A stretch of 63,217 bases of DNA, the filler included, from Choristocarpus tenellus KU-1152 (lineage: Eukaryota; Protista; Phaeophyceae): assembly GCA_964200185.2 (NCBI GenBank). It is 12 parts of 12 records of this genome, joined end to end, with 100 filler letters (N's around TTAATTAATTAA, not from the genome) between each part and the next. Parts side by side here need not be neighbours in the genome. Positions count along the whole stretch, not along the records: positions 35,619 to 41,410 come from CAXNAD020009743.1; positions 41,511 to 45,730 come from CAXNAD020015620.1; positions 45,831 to 48,852 come from CAXNAD020022876.1; positions 48,953 to 54,676 come from CAXNAD020009906.1; 8 more parts are not named here. One strand, written 5' to 3'. Of this stretch, positions 39,901-52,816 are shown in pieces (position 1 is the first letter of the stretch; each line of letters opens with the position of its first letter). The position numbers were made by a program, and so were the translations under genes. Under the pieces are notes generated by a model. The model ran no database searches. It was not told the origin of the DNA and worked only from the letters and a program-made list of their open reading frames with translations.

Positions 39901-41565
39901 ACTTTTTTGCTGTAGGTGTTGCAATATTGCAATGACTAATTGTACTGCCTTTGTTTTTTCTTCTTTTTATTTCGAGCTCTCCCACTGGTGGTTGATCAGT
40001 TTCCTCTGTCAAGTCTTTTGCTGGACCCAATTTGAAGTTTCCACGATGATCATCTTGCCCCCGGGTTTTGTGGTGTAACCAGAAGAGTGCATTTACAGGG
40101 TGTGTAATCTGTTATGGTTGCCATGTGGCATTGGATCATTATAAAACCAATGGAGCTTGGACCTTCGAAATCTAGGTATGGAATGGCAGTGTTAACCATT
40201 GACCTACAAGAAGTTGATCTTGTTATAGCATTGTATCGTACTACTTTTAGGTTACAAACCGAATATATATATATTCATTATTATCCATGTGTGGACGACA
40301 TTAGGAGATAATACTGTGTTGGTGATAAAAGGAGTGTTTATATTGTACATGTAGTAACGGTAACATAGTATGATAACTGCTCTCTCTAGATTGATCTCTA
40401 TTCCTCTATTCTCTTTTGCGTGCCTCCAACTAATGTGTGATGACAACATGAAGTTGACTCTCTCTAGACAAGAAACGTGTACGGTGATATTTTAGTGTTT
40501 ATATGGAGTATTCAATACACAAAGTCAATCCACTACCAACTGCGATGGAAGTAGACCTGTGAACACACATCAGGTAAAATCAGCATGGGGACACTGTACT
40601 TTTTTTTTATTCTACCTGAAAGAGCACTGTCATAGGTCATTATGTCCTGTTTAACTCATAGTTTATGTGCAATCCAGAGGCAGTGGTAGTGAGTGGTCTT
40701 GTTGGCATCACTACCATGCACTTCCTGATTGATGGATGTGTGATATAGTCATGGTCAAGCACTTCATCTTGCAAGCAAGGAATACAAAAAATCTCACTTG
40801 CAAGGCCCAGTAAAAAGTCTCGGCATTATTCACATCGTTAATAATATTACTAGTAGTCACACCAATTCAAACTGTGGATTCACTCAAGTTTAAGATCGCC
40901 TGCACTGCATAGAGATCCTCTGCTTCATTTGTGTAGACTATAGAGGTCTAGAGGTTGGTGGGCAGTACCAAAACATATACCACTAGGGCTTCAACATGTA
41001 ACCATCATGAAACTCTACTGCGGAAAACATGATACAGCAGATACACAAAATTCCAGGAGGCAAGGGATTCATGGTTTAACTTAACTGCCCATTTGCCCTT
41101 TACAATGAAACAAACTTCAATGAAGTCCACAACAATAGTGGGATTGTTATCGTTATATGTTGGCGGAAGGGGTGATCATGCCATGCCAACCAAGGTACAC
41201 TAGTGTAGTACAGAAGAGTAGTCTTTGTACCAGTTGAAGAAAAGTTAATTGTACCATTAGAAATATGTCCTTGCTTTGAATTTCTTAAGCAAAAACACCT
41301 ATCATTACCTATCCCTGCATGACACACACTCGAGCAGATATGAACACATGGTGCTGTTCTTAACCAAATGGGATATAACCTCCCCCCCCCCCCCCCCCCC
41401 CCCCACCCACNNNNNNNNNNNNNNNNNNNNNNNNNNNNNNNNNNNNNNNNNNNNTTAATTAATTAANNNNNNNNNNNNNNNNNNNNNNNNNNNNNNNNNN
41501 NNNNNNNNNNTCCCTCTCTACACAACCCCAGGGGGAAATTTTTCCCCCCCCTCCCCCCCCCTTCA

Positions 41566-41601
<36 letters not shown>

Positions 41602-42003
41602 ACGCTGCTTGCACTGTCATACTATGGGTTTGCCATTTTACTTGATCAAAAAAGCCTAATTAACTCCAAACGTGTAAGTACTCTTTCTTATTAACTTGGA
41701 TGTATCTTGTGTTCTAGGGAAGAAATTGCAAGTGCAGGGTATATATCTTTCTGCAAAAAAAACAACAACAGGAGAATAGGCCTTAGCTCGCCAACCATAT
41801 TGGTATCAGCCCACCATCACACTCCACAGAGGAATTCTAGCTTGTGAACCACCCTCAGCATGAGTGATGTTGAAAAGAGGAGGGTTGGAATGCGTCCTAG
41901 GGTTTGGTAGTTACGTTAGCTTCGTTGCACTTTCCAGCATCTCTATTATCACATCTCCACAATGCTCCTCAGTCCAAAAATGTACACAAGTATCTTCCAA
42001 CAT

Positions 42004-42184
42004 GGCTCAAAGTATCTAGGGGGGGAGGTGGCGGCTGTCCATTTCGGGCCAATTTTTTCATGTCGCGATTCTTGGGTGATTTGGTTGCATATATAGGATG
42101 GATAATGTAAGTACACTTTTCCTGGTTATGAAACAAAATGACATCCTAGTGTAGACCCCACCCCCCTCTCAGATACTTTGGGTC
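42004..42184 (+). mobile_element. MITE family 2, complete copy
   Basis: GGCTCAAAGTATCT...AGATACTTTGGGTC; the internal sequence aligns with 36728-36926. Confidence 0.8.
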
Positions 42185-42973
42185 ACAAAGGACACACACA
42201 ATTATATATATATTTGCATTAGTGGAGGGTAGTTGCTATCTCCAGCACCATGGGAAGTGCACCCTGAATATATGTTGTTTGAAGTGCCTGAAGTCATGAG
42301 CAGGGCAAACACAGCTCGTGACAAAGCTTTGATTGAATGGGGCATCACAAAAACAAGTGTGCTTTCTTCCATTAAAGATGCAAGCCATGCTATGGACACA
42401 ACCACTAAGGTACCCCTTGCCTTGTGCATGAGCACTTCAGTCAATGCTCTTCATCGAGCAAAGCACTCGCTCTGTGTGCTCCTTTTTGTGTGATGCCTGA
42501 GTCAAAGTAAACAAGATGTACCCCGAGATACATTTTAGGGATTCCTGATATATATATATATACATACATACATACATATATATATATATATATGAACAAA
42601 ATATCGTTTGTTAGTTTTTTTCTAAATTTGAGTAGGGATGTTTTTCTGCATTGCATCTGAAATTTTTTCAAGCAATAAACAAACAAAGAAAAAAAATCTC
42701 TCAAGTTAAACTGGGAAAATGGTTGAAACTGCAAGAGAATGAAGAAAACAGACTGAAAAAAAATAAATCGAAAAACGACCAAAATCTGGGTACCTCTCCC
42801 GACTATTTCTTCTCTTTGCTCACCTTTTCAACCACACACAAACAGAGACAAGTTGCGTTGCCCCTCCAAATAGAAGCACGCCCCAACAGCACAATTCCAT
42901 ACATTGTGCTTCTTTTTTTTTTCTTCTTTTTTTTTTTATCTTTTATTGTTATTATTTTTTGTGAAACATCAAG

Positions 42974-43642
42974 GTGCATGAAGAGCACCCGCAGGGAGAA
43001 GAACTTGGTAGAGCTTGAAAGAAAAGAGTTTAGGAGGCAGTACGCCTCCTTCCTTCGGTGGAAATCTGAGAACAGGGGCCTGCAGAAACGTCTGAAGCAA
43101 GAGCACACACAGGTAGGTGGCGGGTGGGGATGAGGATTTTGGTAGCGTGGTATGTGTGCGTAGGCGGTAAGATACCGCAAGCAACGGAGTGTCTCTTCAG
43201 TGGCGAAGACTTGCTTGAAGAGGGTTTCGTGGATTAAGTGTCCACAAAAACATACATTGCTGAGGCCAAGGATATAGAACCTGTAAGGAATCTCAACTTA
43301 GCTCATCAAATCAGGTTGTGAAGAGTCTTTCTTTGTGGTGAAATTTACTCGATGTTAAAAACTCGGCCAAGACACAGACAGAACCTGTACCCCACACGTA
43401 GAACACCACTTCTTGATTTCACCCTCATTGCATCACTGCATCGTGCTTTGTTTTTTTTTCTTGCATTGTTTTTTCCCACCAATGCCATGATCTTATCTTA
43501 CTTATTCTTTCAGATGCTCGCACTACAGCGGCAGCTAGCAAGTGCTAAGGCTGCAGTCAGTGCAAATTGTTCTATGAGGATAGCAGTGAAGGGAGGAGTG
43601 TTTGACAGGCTTCACAAGGCTACAGCAGCCGCTGAGCATCAG
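42974..43642 (+). CDS. Exons of a coiled-coil hypothetical protein (possibly degenerate; may extend to ~45411)
   Basis: GT-AG-bounded exons 42974-43112 (CMKSTRREKNLVELERKEFRRQY...EHTQ) and 43514-43642 (MLALQRQLASAKAAV...EHQ) join in phase 0. The flanking candidate exons contain stops or poor splice sites. Confidence 0.35.
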
Positions 43643-43960
43643 GTTTAAGTGTGTGTGTGTGTGTGTGTGTGTTTCTGCTTAGGTGGAGGAATCCAATACG
43701 GGAACATTCTACCACTGCCCGGGACTGTATCTGTTGGCTCTGTAGCACTGCGCTAGGACCTCTCAGGTTGTGTTGCACAGGTTTGGAGGGAGAGCTGCCT
43801 CTCTCCTAGCCTCTTCTTCAACAGTGATTCCCATCCCAGTCGAGACCCTGTCCACAAATCCCTTCATGTCAAGTGTGATAGAGGAGGTATCTTTAGTTTC
43901 CACCACTTGACCCACTTTGCAGGCTGCGAGTCAGGAACATGCAGCATTGGGAATAACCGT

Positions 43961-44029
43961 CCCCAACATCACTCGAGTAGCCCCACCATCACCCGAGCAG
44001 CCCCACCATCACCCGAGTAGCCCCACCAT
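43961..44029. repeat. 20-bp tandem repeat, ~3.5 copies
   Basis: CCCCACCATCACCCGAGTAG-like units at 43961, 43981, 44001 and 44021. Confidence 0.85.
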
Positions 44030-44714
44030 TGCCATCTCTTTCTTGTGTATCAGTTGGATCCTCTCTTCTCTCTCAAACAATACTGCTGAGAGAGTCATGC
44101 TAACTGGGAGGTATACACGTTTCAACCGTATTTTGTTGCATCCCCCCCCCCTCCCCTCGTTCAGTACCCCTGATTACTATATATTACTATGTTTGATGTA
44201 CACAATGTATACCCCCAAATGAAGGTGTCACTGCAGAAGAGAAATAACAACAACAACAATAAATATAATAAAAATAATAACAATAATAATAATTATTATT
44301 ATTATTATTTTGATGATGGTTCTTTTTATGGTGTACAAAATTCGTGTTTCAGCCATTTCTGGGGATCCTGAAAATGCAACTGCATACATTAATCTCAGTC
44401 GATATGACCCTGATATCTCTTTCTGGAGGAGTATATCTGTAATTCTTTGGTTTATCTCCGTCACCTGGTGCCAACACTTTGAGTGAAGCCAGTATTGATG
44501 TGGAAGGTTGGAGAAGGGAACTTTGGTTTACATTTTCGGTTGAGGAATAGGGACAGGGAAGAATGCATCCTAATACCTCGAAGGAACATGGTTCCTGCTG
44601 CATTGGTCCATTGGTCTGAAGTAAGCATCTTTCTCATGATTTTGGCTTTCCTCCATTCCTTGAGGGTATTCAGGGTAACAATCACTTTTCTGCATGTTTT
44701 TTTATGCTAATTAT

Positions 44715-44746
<32 letters not shown>

Positions 44747-44940
44747 AGCGCACATTACACAAGAATACACAAAAAAGATCACACACAAACATGCACCGGT
44801 ATTAAAAGTAAAAGTAAACGAGAAGTACCCATAATTGCATTTTTTAAGGATGCCAGCAAATGTGTTCGTTTTTTTTTTTTTTTTTACAAACGTATGTATA
44901 GGACATATGTTCCGAATTATACCGAAAGCGTTTCCAAACG

Positions 44941-45034
44941 ATAGATAAGTATGTATAGGACATAGATAAGTATGTATAGGACATAGATAAGTATGTATAG
45001 GACATAGATAAGTATGTATAGGACATAGATAAGT
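44941..45034. repeat. Perfect 21-bp tandem repeat, 4.5 copies
   Basis: ATAGATAAGTATGTATAGGAC x4 plus a partial copy; no spacers. Confidence 0.92.
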
Positions 45035-45178
45035 CGACCCTCTCAACTCAAACTCAGCACTTCGTCAACATAAATACTCGTGAATTGCAAAAGATTGAAG
45101 TGCTGCCTTGAATGATTCAAATGCTAAATGGAAAAGAACAAAACTCCAGGGTACCCCTTGGTTACTTCACCTCACATG

Positions 45179-45222
<44 letters not shown>

Positions 45223-45680
45223 GTATGTCCTGTGCACCTCAAAGTAGATGCACTAATAAAGACCACTGCATGTGACGCACTGCTGTGGCAGGCAAAGAAG
45301 TACCGTGAGGCTGCCAGCAGGCAAGGGGCGAAGGCAGCAGAGCTAGCGACCAAAGTTTCTTGCCTGCAGGAGGATCTCAAGAACCACCTCAGGGAGAAAA
45401 AAAAGAAGTAGGTGTCGAGCTGAGATCAAGAAGGCAGAAATATATATAATATATATAAATATAAATATAAATATAAGTATATAAATATAAGTATATTGCT
45501 GGATGCAAAAAGAAAAAGAACTCAAGTACTTAGCGTACGGCGCTACACCCTAACCTTAGTGTCCATTTTACTTGGGCCATAACCAGGAAATGTGTTTGTA
45601 CATTATCCATCTGACCCTTGTATTGATGCAAATCCCGCATTTCTGTGTGGCGATAATGACTAACCCCCCCCCCCCCCAAG

Positions 45681-45727
<47 letters not shown>

Positions 45728-45858
45728 TAANNNNNNNNNNNNNNNNNNNNNNNNNNNNNNNNNNNNNNNNNNNNTTAATTAATTAANNNNNNNNNNNNNN
45801 NNNNNNNNNNNNNNNNNNNNNNNNNNNNNNGCGCGGGGGGGGGGGGGGGGGGGGGGGT

Positions 45859-45902
<44 letters not shown>

Positions 45903-46158
45903 GGGGGTATGATACTCAGCGGCCTGGCCTACCTAGTGCCGAAAGAAAAAACTGTTCACTTCGTCTGTGATTTTGCACACACACATACTACATGGTCACC
46001 CGAAAATCAAGCATTTGGTTAACAGGGTTGCTAAACGTGGGATAACGATCTTAATTTAGGTTGAATAGGAGGTTACAGAGAGATCTTCACAACAGCTGTA
46101 ACCCAACAAGAGGAGGAGTAGAGCGCCACCATCCCACCAACGTTGACAACTCCCTCAC

Positions 46159-47415
46159 CTTTTAGTACATTTTGCGGATCTCTGCTAGTGACACTTCTTT
46201 TTTCTTCGTCTGTTGCTTGATAGCTTCTTCGAGCTCGTGCTGAAAATATACCTCCTTGTATAGCGTGCGCTCAACCACACTCTCGGTCATGTCGTTGAAT
46301 GCTATAAGCGTGGCGGTGCAGTGGGTGAATGGGGCAAGGGGTAGGTGGGAAGCGGTCGCGAGACACACGCGGCAGGCAGTAGTGAGTGTGCAAATTACCT
46401 TGGGAGGTAATGCTATTTCTCAGTAGTGAAGATGAGAGAGTGTGAAGCCTCACACGACCCCCTTTGCTGAACGTGAAAGAAAGAATGGATGGTTGAAATT
46501 TAGAAGAGTGACCTTTGTGTATGGTGTCTTCTAATTGCTTGTTTATTATTTATCTATGCTTCCTATCTAAGTCAACGATCATGTCAAAGTTAGTTGAATG
46601 CAGAATAAATACCAATACATAATTCCATATATAATCTGGATGTACTATTTTATTAGTTACATCACATGGACTCAATTCAACACAACAATCTCATATACAC
46701 AAAATAAGGTACACCTCACTATTGTCCTATTTTGCACAGTGAGCAACATGTTGTTGCCGACAGAAAGACCACGAGGGATAAAAAATATCAACAACGAAAA
46801 GATCAACAACGGACTGACTGATGATGAACCAAACAAAGGAAACACGGCAACAACTTGGTAGATCAGAAGATTCATCAGGCGATCATGGAACAATGACGAC
46901 ACTCAACTTACTTTGTTGCTTAGTTGATCAGAAGAGTAAGGCGATCATGGAACAACAACAACACTCCATCACCCACCGTTGGCAATTAGCCTCTCTTCTG
47001 CTTGGTTGAACTCCATGTAGACCTGCATCATGAAAGCGCGTTCGGGATCAAACTCTCTCTTCAACATCGTTATTCTATGGTTTCCGTCCAGTGTTTGTCC
47101 TTGAACGGCAAGCGCAGTGTCGGCGGTGAGCTGGTCCCTGTTGCCTAAGCAGTCTCGTTGGATGACGACGGACGGAGCAAGCTGCTCGAGCCAGCCTTTT
47201 TCACGGATGGACTTGCTGATGTGCGCAAGGCCACGCTCGCTCAGGGGACACACCATCTCCGTGCATGTGATGTTGCCGAGTTTCATCTTGTACGTACCGA
47301 GGTAGTGGTGTTCGAGGAGCTTGGACATGCCCTTGGCATTGCTGTACGACGCTCTCGATCTGTGGGCAGCGCTATCGGCGGGCAGGGGGGTTGTTGTTGA
47401 GCGAATGTTGGGCAT
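46159..47415 (-). CDS. ParB/Sulfiredoxin-like domain gene, copy 2 (two exons visible; intron contains a solo LTR; stop near end of exon 2)
   Basis: Exon 46977-47415 (...LSERGLAHISKSIREKGWLEQLAPSVV...TLDGNHRITMLKR...LIAN) joins in phase 1 to exon 46159-46301 (AFNDMTESVVERTLYKEVYFQHELEEAIK...KMY*K, then GT). The SI...GW...LDGNHR pattern fits the ParB-N/Srx fold. Confidence 0.6.
46387..46738 (-). mobile_element. Solo LTR of the same Copia family, 5-bp TSD GTGAG, inside the ParB-like gene intron
   Basis: TGTGCAA...TTGCACA termini with GTGAG at 46382-46386 and 46739-46743; homologous to the LTRs at 56279 and 58646. Confidence 0.9.
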
Positions 47416-47754
47416 GGCGAAGATTGGGAGGGTGTGACGGGGATAGATAAGTAAGAGTTGCTGGTGGTATGTGCGGAAGGGAAGGAATGGAAATGAGGAG
47501 TGAGGACTGGGAGGTGCTGCTTTATTTCATCTGGTCGGTCGGTCCCCAAAGAGCTCAGATTTCTCTTTCCGTTGATAATTGTGTTACAAAAAATACGAAT
47601 ATCGAACAGTATACGATTTCATATCTAAAACAGATAGAGAGTATCAGTTTTTGTGACCTTTTCGTTTCGGAACGTTTCAAATGTATTAGATCAATGAAGC
47701 ATGTGGTTTGTATTTTTATTTGTTGTTATTAAGAATACTATATTATTATTATTT

Positions 47755-48365
47755 CATAAAAACCGTAATGCACGTGTTTTGGCGGTTCAAGGGTTTCGGG
47801 TGGTCCGACGGATCGCCCGAAACTCAAAAATCGCTTTTTATCGACTTTTGTATTAAAAAAAAATACAATATCGACAAAAAGCGGTTTTAGTATTTAAAAA
47901 AATTATAGGGTACCAGTTTAAAGTGACCTTTTAGTTTCGAAACATTGGAAACGTATAAGACCAATAAAGTACGTGCTTTGTATTTAAAAAAAATGTAAGA
48001 ACGGATATAATCGGATTTACTATTTCTAAAAACCCTAATGCACGTGTTTTGGCGGTTCAAGGGTTTCGGGTGGTCCGATGGATCGCCCGAAAGTCAAAAA
48101 CCGCTTTTTGTCGACATTTGTAAAATACAAATGTCGAACAATGTAAGACTTTGTACTTAAAACAATTAGAGGGTGTCAGTTTTTTTTACCTGTTGGTTTC
48201 GGAACATTGGAAACGTACAAGATCAATTAAGTATGTGCTTTGTATTTTTTAAAATTGAAATTACGAATATAATCGAATTTTTAACTTCTAAAAACCATAA
48301 TGCATGTGTTTTCCGGATCATGGATCTCAGAGTGGTCCCATGGATCGCCCGAAGCTCAAACATTG
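47755..48365. repeat. Tandem repeat with ~270 bp unit (2 copies plus a degenerate third) containing palindromic hairpins
   Basis: GCACGTGTTTTGGCGGTTCAAGGGTTTCGGGTGGTCCGAYGGATCGCCCGAAA occurs at ~47770 and ~48040. Hairpins are at 47794-47822 and 48064-48092, with a degenerate one at ~48311-48353. Confidence 0.8.
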
Positions 48366-48489
48366 TTTATATGCCCAGCTTCGAATTCAATTCACTCCTA
48401 GACCTTCTCACTGCCCAAGACCGCCTGTTGCCCGAAAACATCATGACAGTTGCTCCCACAGCAAGGGGTGGCTTTTGTCGCCTTTGCTG

Positions 48490-48852
48490 CCCCCTGTGTT
48501 GCCCCCTCATCAGCCTGCCAACAATGATGTGCTGGAGCTTCTACCAATGACGCTTCAGCGACCGGCACCAAGCTTCGCTGAGAATGGGCTCAACCCATCA
48601 CGGTCAACAAACAGGGTGACTGCTGCAAGCGCTTAGCCTGTGTGAACAAGTTCGCGGCAGATAGCGAGTCCTTCCTTGCACGCACGTTGACCAAAGAGCA
48701 GGACATCATCCGGGCGTGTGAGAACTGCCGCGATTGCAAGCACTTTGTTGGTGACCGTGTACCTGTCATTAAGTTGGGACCTGGAGGCGGATCTATGCTC
48801 GCGGCCGGCATTCCCATTTGTATGCAGTTTTTCAAGGCATCGTTCGGAATAT
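48490..48852 (+). pseudogene. Second copy of the same transposase-like N-terminal exon (frameshifted, truncated by contig end)
   Basis: CCKRLACVNKFAADSESFLARTLTKEQDIIRAC...ICMQFFKASFGI aligns by eye with 15400-15670. Confidence 0.55.
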
Positions 48853-51800
48853 NNNNNNNNNNNNNNNNNNNNNNNNNNNNNNNNNNNNNNNNNNNNTTAA
48901 TTAATTAANNNNNNNNNNNNNNNNNNNNNNNNNNNNNNNNNNNNNNNNNNNNGTCAGGGGGTCTTGTTGTGGGGGGGGGCTTGTGTGGGATAATGCCCCC
49001 CCCCCCCCCCCCCCACCTTCGCTCTCTGTCATTAGCAGGAAGATTCTTGCAGAGTGGAATGGAATTTCCCCTCATTCCTTGCCATATAATAAACATGAAG
49101 ACTTGCTCGAAGCTTGAGTTGCTTGGCGTATGATCCATTCATAGCACATGATGAACTACCTACAAGCCTTCAATATACCCGAGACCAAATCAGGTTTGAC
49201 GTAGAGATTTTTATCCCCTTGTTTGCTTTTTGATCTCTTCTGACCTGTGTGATCATGTTAAAATATAGATGGTACAAATCTGTCCTGATCTGATCCCAAT
49301 TTGTTTTCGGAAAAAGTGCTGTGAATCGAAAGAGTTCATGGTTGAAATTTGAAATTTTGTGGACTGGACACTTGTCAATCAACTCTGTTCAACTATCAGT
49401 GCACAAGATAAGGCGCATTTACCATGCTGAGAAATGAGTGGCGCATAGGATTTTGAGAGGTGGAAGGTTGCTCTGCTAGTGAGGGGCCCCACCGGAGACC
49501 CTAAATGTTGACTTGCATAGAATTTTTTCTGTGCCCTTTGTCCATTGCCAAAAGCATGGTCTACTGTAATATATTAGACTATTGCTCATTTTTTGATCAA
49601 GGAAGGCTGAAGCATGTTGGCTGAGGGGTTGACTACAAAGAGCGAAAATGTGTTTGTCATGAACTCAATATTACTCTTGAACACTCAGAATTCTTGGTGT
49701 ACGTAGAAGAGAACATGGACAACAAATACAGCAGATTTGTATTGCTTTCAACTTGACAGTGCAATAAAGAACGAAGAAACAATTAGGGGTTGATGTAGTA
49801 CTAGTAGCAATTTAGTGGATACAATATCAGCACAACATAGATTGAAAATTTAATTGATAATCAAAATGTTTTGGTTAGGATCTTGGTTGTTTCTCATTTA
49901 GTTTAAGCTGGGCCGATTAAACTGTCGCCATTTACAATGCTGTTCTTTGTCCATAGCTATCAAGTATTTCAATATATCTGGTTTGCCCCGTGGGCATGAC
50001 CTGGACCCCAGCCATATGAGGTGACTAGGCTGATGAAAACCCTGAGATTTTCTTGTTTGCTAGGACATTGAGTAGGAAGTGAGGTTAGCTAGTACGGTGT
50101 AAGCACTGATTATTGGCATATATTTGTGATTGGGGATGGGTGTTATTCACTGTTGTGTGAAGTCATTATTTCTCAAGTTTTGTGTTTATGCCTTTACCGT
50201 AACTCTACCCCTCCGAGTGAGGTGAAGAATGGGTTGTGGTTCTTTCTCAGTGTTCCATTTTTGGATGTCCGGAAGAACTCAAGATTAAATATGAAAAATG
50301 ATTATATTTGTAGAGATGAGGGAGATTACCTCAAATGGCGGAATGAGTCCGAAACACTGGAGAAGTGTTGGGATCGATACCGAGGTTCTCCAATCCTTTT
50401 CTCCTGAGGTGACATTTAATTGATGGACAGTTTTCAACTTGTCATCCAGCCAACCCCTCCCACATTGTACAACTAAGCCTTTTTTACGTTATACACGTCA
50501 AAGCATTGTCCCCATATAACAGACCAAGTTGGTTCAATCGTTTGCCGAAAAATGGGCGACAGTAGACACCAAATGGTCTTGAGCACTGTGTTTCTTATCA
50601 ACACCATTGCTGCTGTACAATTTCAAGTGTGGACAGGGATCATGACCTTGTTAGTGTTTAAATATTAGAAATATTTTCCCTGCTGTGGAGAGGGGTCTAC
50701 CTCAAATGACAGAGTACCTCCTAAAGTTACCTCAAGCAGTGGGACCGATACCGAGATTATCCAATACTTTTTTACATACAAAGTGTATTTTATTTTTTGC
50801 TCGTAGTTAGATGAATGACAAAAATCCATAAATGGCTTAATCCGAAACTCTATTATCTCCGTAAGTGTATTTTATAGTGATATTGAAGTTGATTGAAAGC
50901 TTTTTGTGAGTGTGGTTCAGACCGGGTTTTGAAAAATTCTAACAATACTGATTTGTCCATGAAGGGGTGCATGCTTATTCGATTGAAAGTATGTACGTGG
51001 TAGTGTCACACAATCTAGAGTGTTGGTTATCTATACTGATCCAACACTTGTTAGCGATAGTATCAGACAGCAGCAGTCTGAAAGTGAGATATATATATAT
51101 ATATATTTTCGTCAATTTATCTTTTCCACAGGGTTGCTGTGTATCCCAGTAATCACATGGTTTATTGGCTTTTATTGCTAACCACCAGGATTATTTTTAG
51201 TGGCAAATCATAGTAAGGTGAAGGAACAATATTTCTGTGTTTGACCCGTTCACTTCTAGGACACACGCTGACGTTCTATTCTTCATGCAGTTCTTTGGCT
51301 GGTAGGGACTCTACAGGGACAGGCACTGTAGAGTCACAGTACTTTTTTCTAACACTGCAATTGAGCTGTGCTTCGACAAGAGGGGTAATTGAAAGGTCCT
51401 ACCTGGTTCGTTTTCATTGAGGAACCTAGTAGCGAGCACCTGGAACATGCCACATTGTAGGTTTTTTGGTCAGTACTATACCGTTTGTTGGAACTTGTTC
51501 TGAATGTTTATACTTCAAAAGTATATTTGTTGAACTTGCCTACAAGATAGAACCTCAAGGTCTTTGTACCTTGAAGTTTGTTTTTTTGCCATTACTTGTT
51601 TCGTGTAAGACAGGGATTTTGTCCAGAGGGTATCATTGGGCTCAATTTCTCATCACCACGGTTGTTTGTTCAGAATTTCGGAAGACCTTCCAACAATCAG
51701 ATTGCTCTGAAGAAATGATCTTGTTGAGATTCTCTTATTCGGTGAAATGTTGAGATACACTGTACTGCTGGGGCAGATTAGCACAAGTTCCTTGTCCCAG

Positions 51801-52816
51801 TGGTAGAGTGGTACGTCAACTCAGCTACTCTAAAGTATTCTTCCTAATTACCTAGTACAGTGGCCTGCCCCCCTCATCAACAGCCTCAGTCTTGGGGTAA
51901 TAGTAGCTATGTTTACCTCAAAGAAATGATCATTCTGTTGCTTACCTAGCGCAGACCCCAGCAACACCAACCAAACAAAATGTCCCTACACATTATGAAT
52001 CCATAAATCATAAAGTTCTCGTTCAAAAATGGGATGCAGATGACTGACATCATGATAGAGTTGAAATTTTGGACTTTCAGTTATTGGCCTTGAAAGTATA
52101 AGTTTACATCAGGGCCTGAACTTAGTGACAGTTGGAGGTACAAGGGATGTGCCATTTTCAGTCACGACAGTTGTCCTGAAACATGCCTAATTTGAAGTTT
52201 AAAAGCAGCACGATCAATTGCATTGCCAGGGGTGGCTTTTGTCAATTATATGCTCTCCAAGGCTTGCAGGGCCTCAGGGTAGATCAGTGCTCTTAGTAGC
52301 AGGTGACTGTGTTGTATTCCTTTGCAGGGCTGCTTTGATTTCAATCATTAGTGAGGAGAGGTTGCTATATGGTGTACACTTTGCAAGGGCTTCTATGCTA
52401 GGCTAGAAATAAAAAATAATTACATTGTGGCAAGATACTCCTATATACTAGCTAGCAGATCATGTATTGAAGCCTTCTATATCACAGTTGGGGGGATGGA
52501 TTGAGATTCAAACGGTATTAATGTTGACTTTTCATTCACACTTTGTATCGTGATTGCATCATAGGCACATCAATAATTATGCAAATGAAAGTGGTCTCTT
52601 AGTTTCAGTTTCTGATACCACGGGATCCTGGGTTCCCCAGGTGCCAGACAGCCCAAGGTGAGCCCCTTTTTTTTATCTTTTTGAAGCGAAAGTTGGAACA
52701 ATAGAAGTGTTTTACACCAATAAGATAAGGACATACGCACAGTTTTATATATATGCACAGTTTTATGTTGAATCAATACATAGGGTGCATTTATGCCACA
52801 ATGACGTCAAATACAG

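Noticed and set aside
35619-41410. Candidate small exons (~36530-36590, ~37843-37911) and broken ORFs at 37000-37550
   Set aside because: I could not build a consistent spliced model or recognise any family.
44941-45034. Possible CRISPR array
   Set aside because: Head-to-tail 21-bp repeats with no unique spacers, no cas genes, and a eukaryotic context.
50315-50775. Two similar ~85-bp segments (TACCTCAAATG...GGGAYCGATACCGAG...TCCAAT) at ~50320 and ~50690
   Set aside because: A degenerate local duplication with no termini, TSD or structure to support a feature call.
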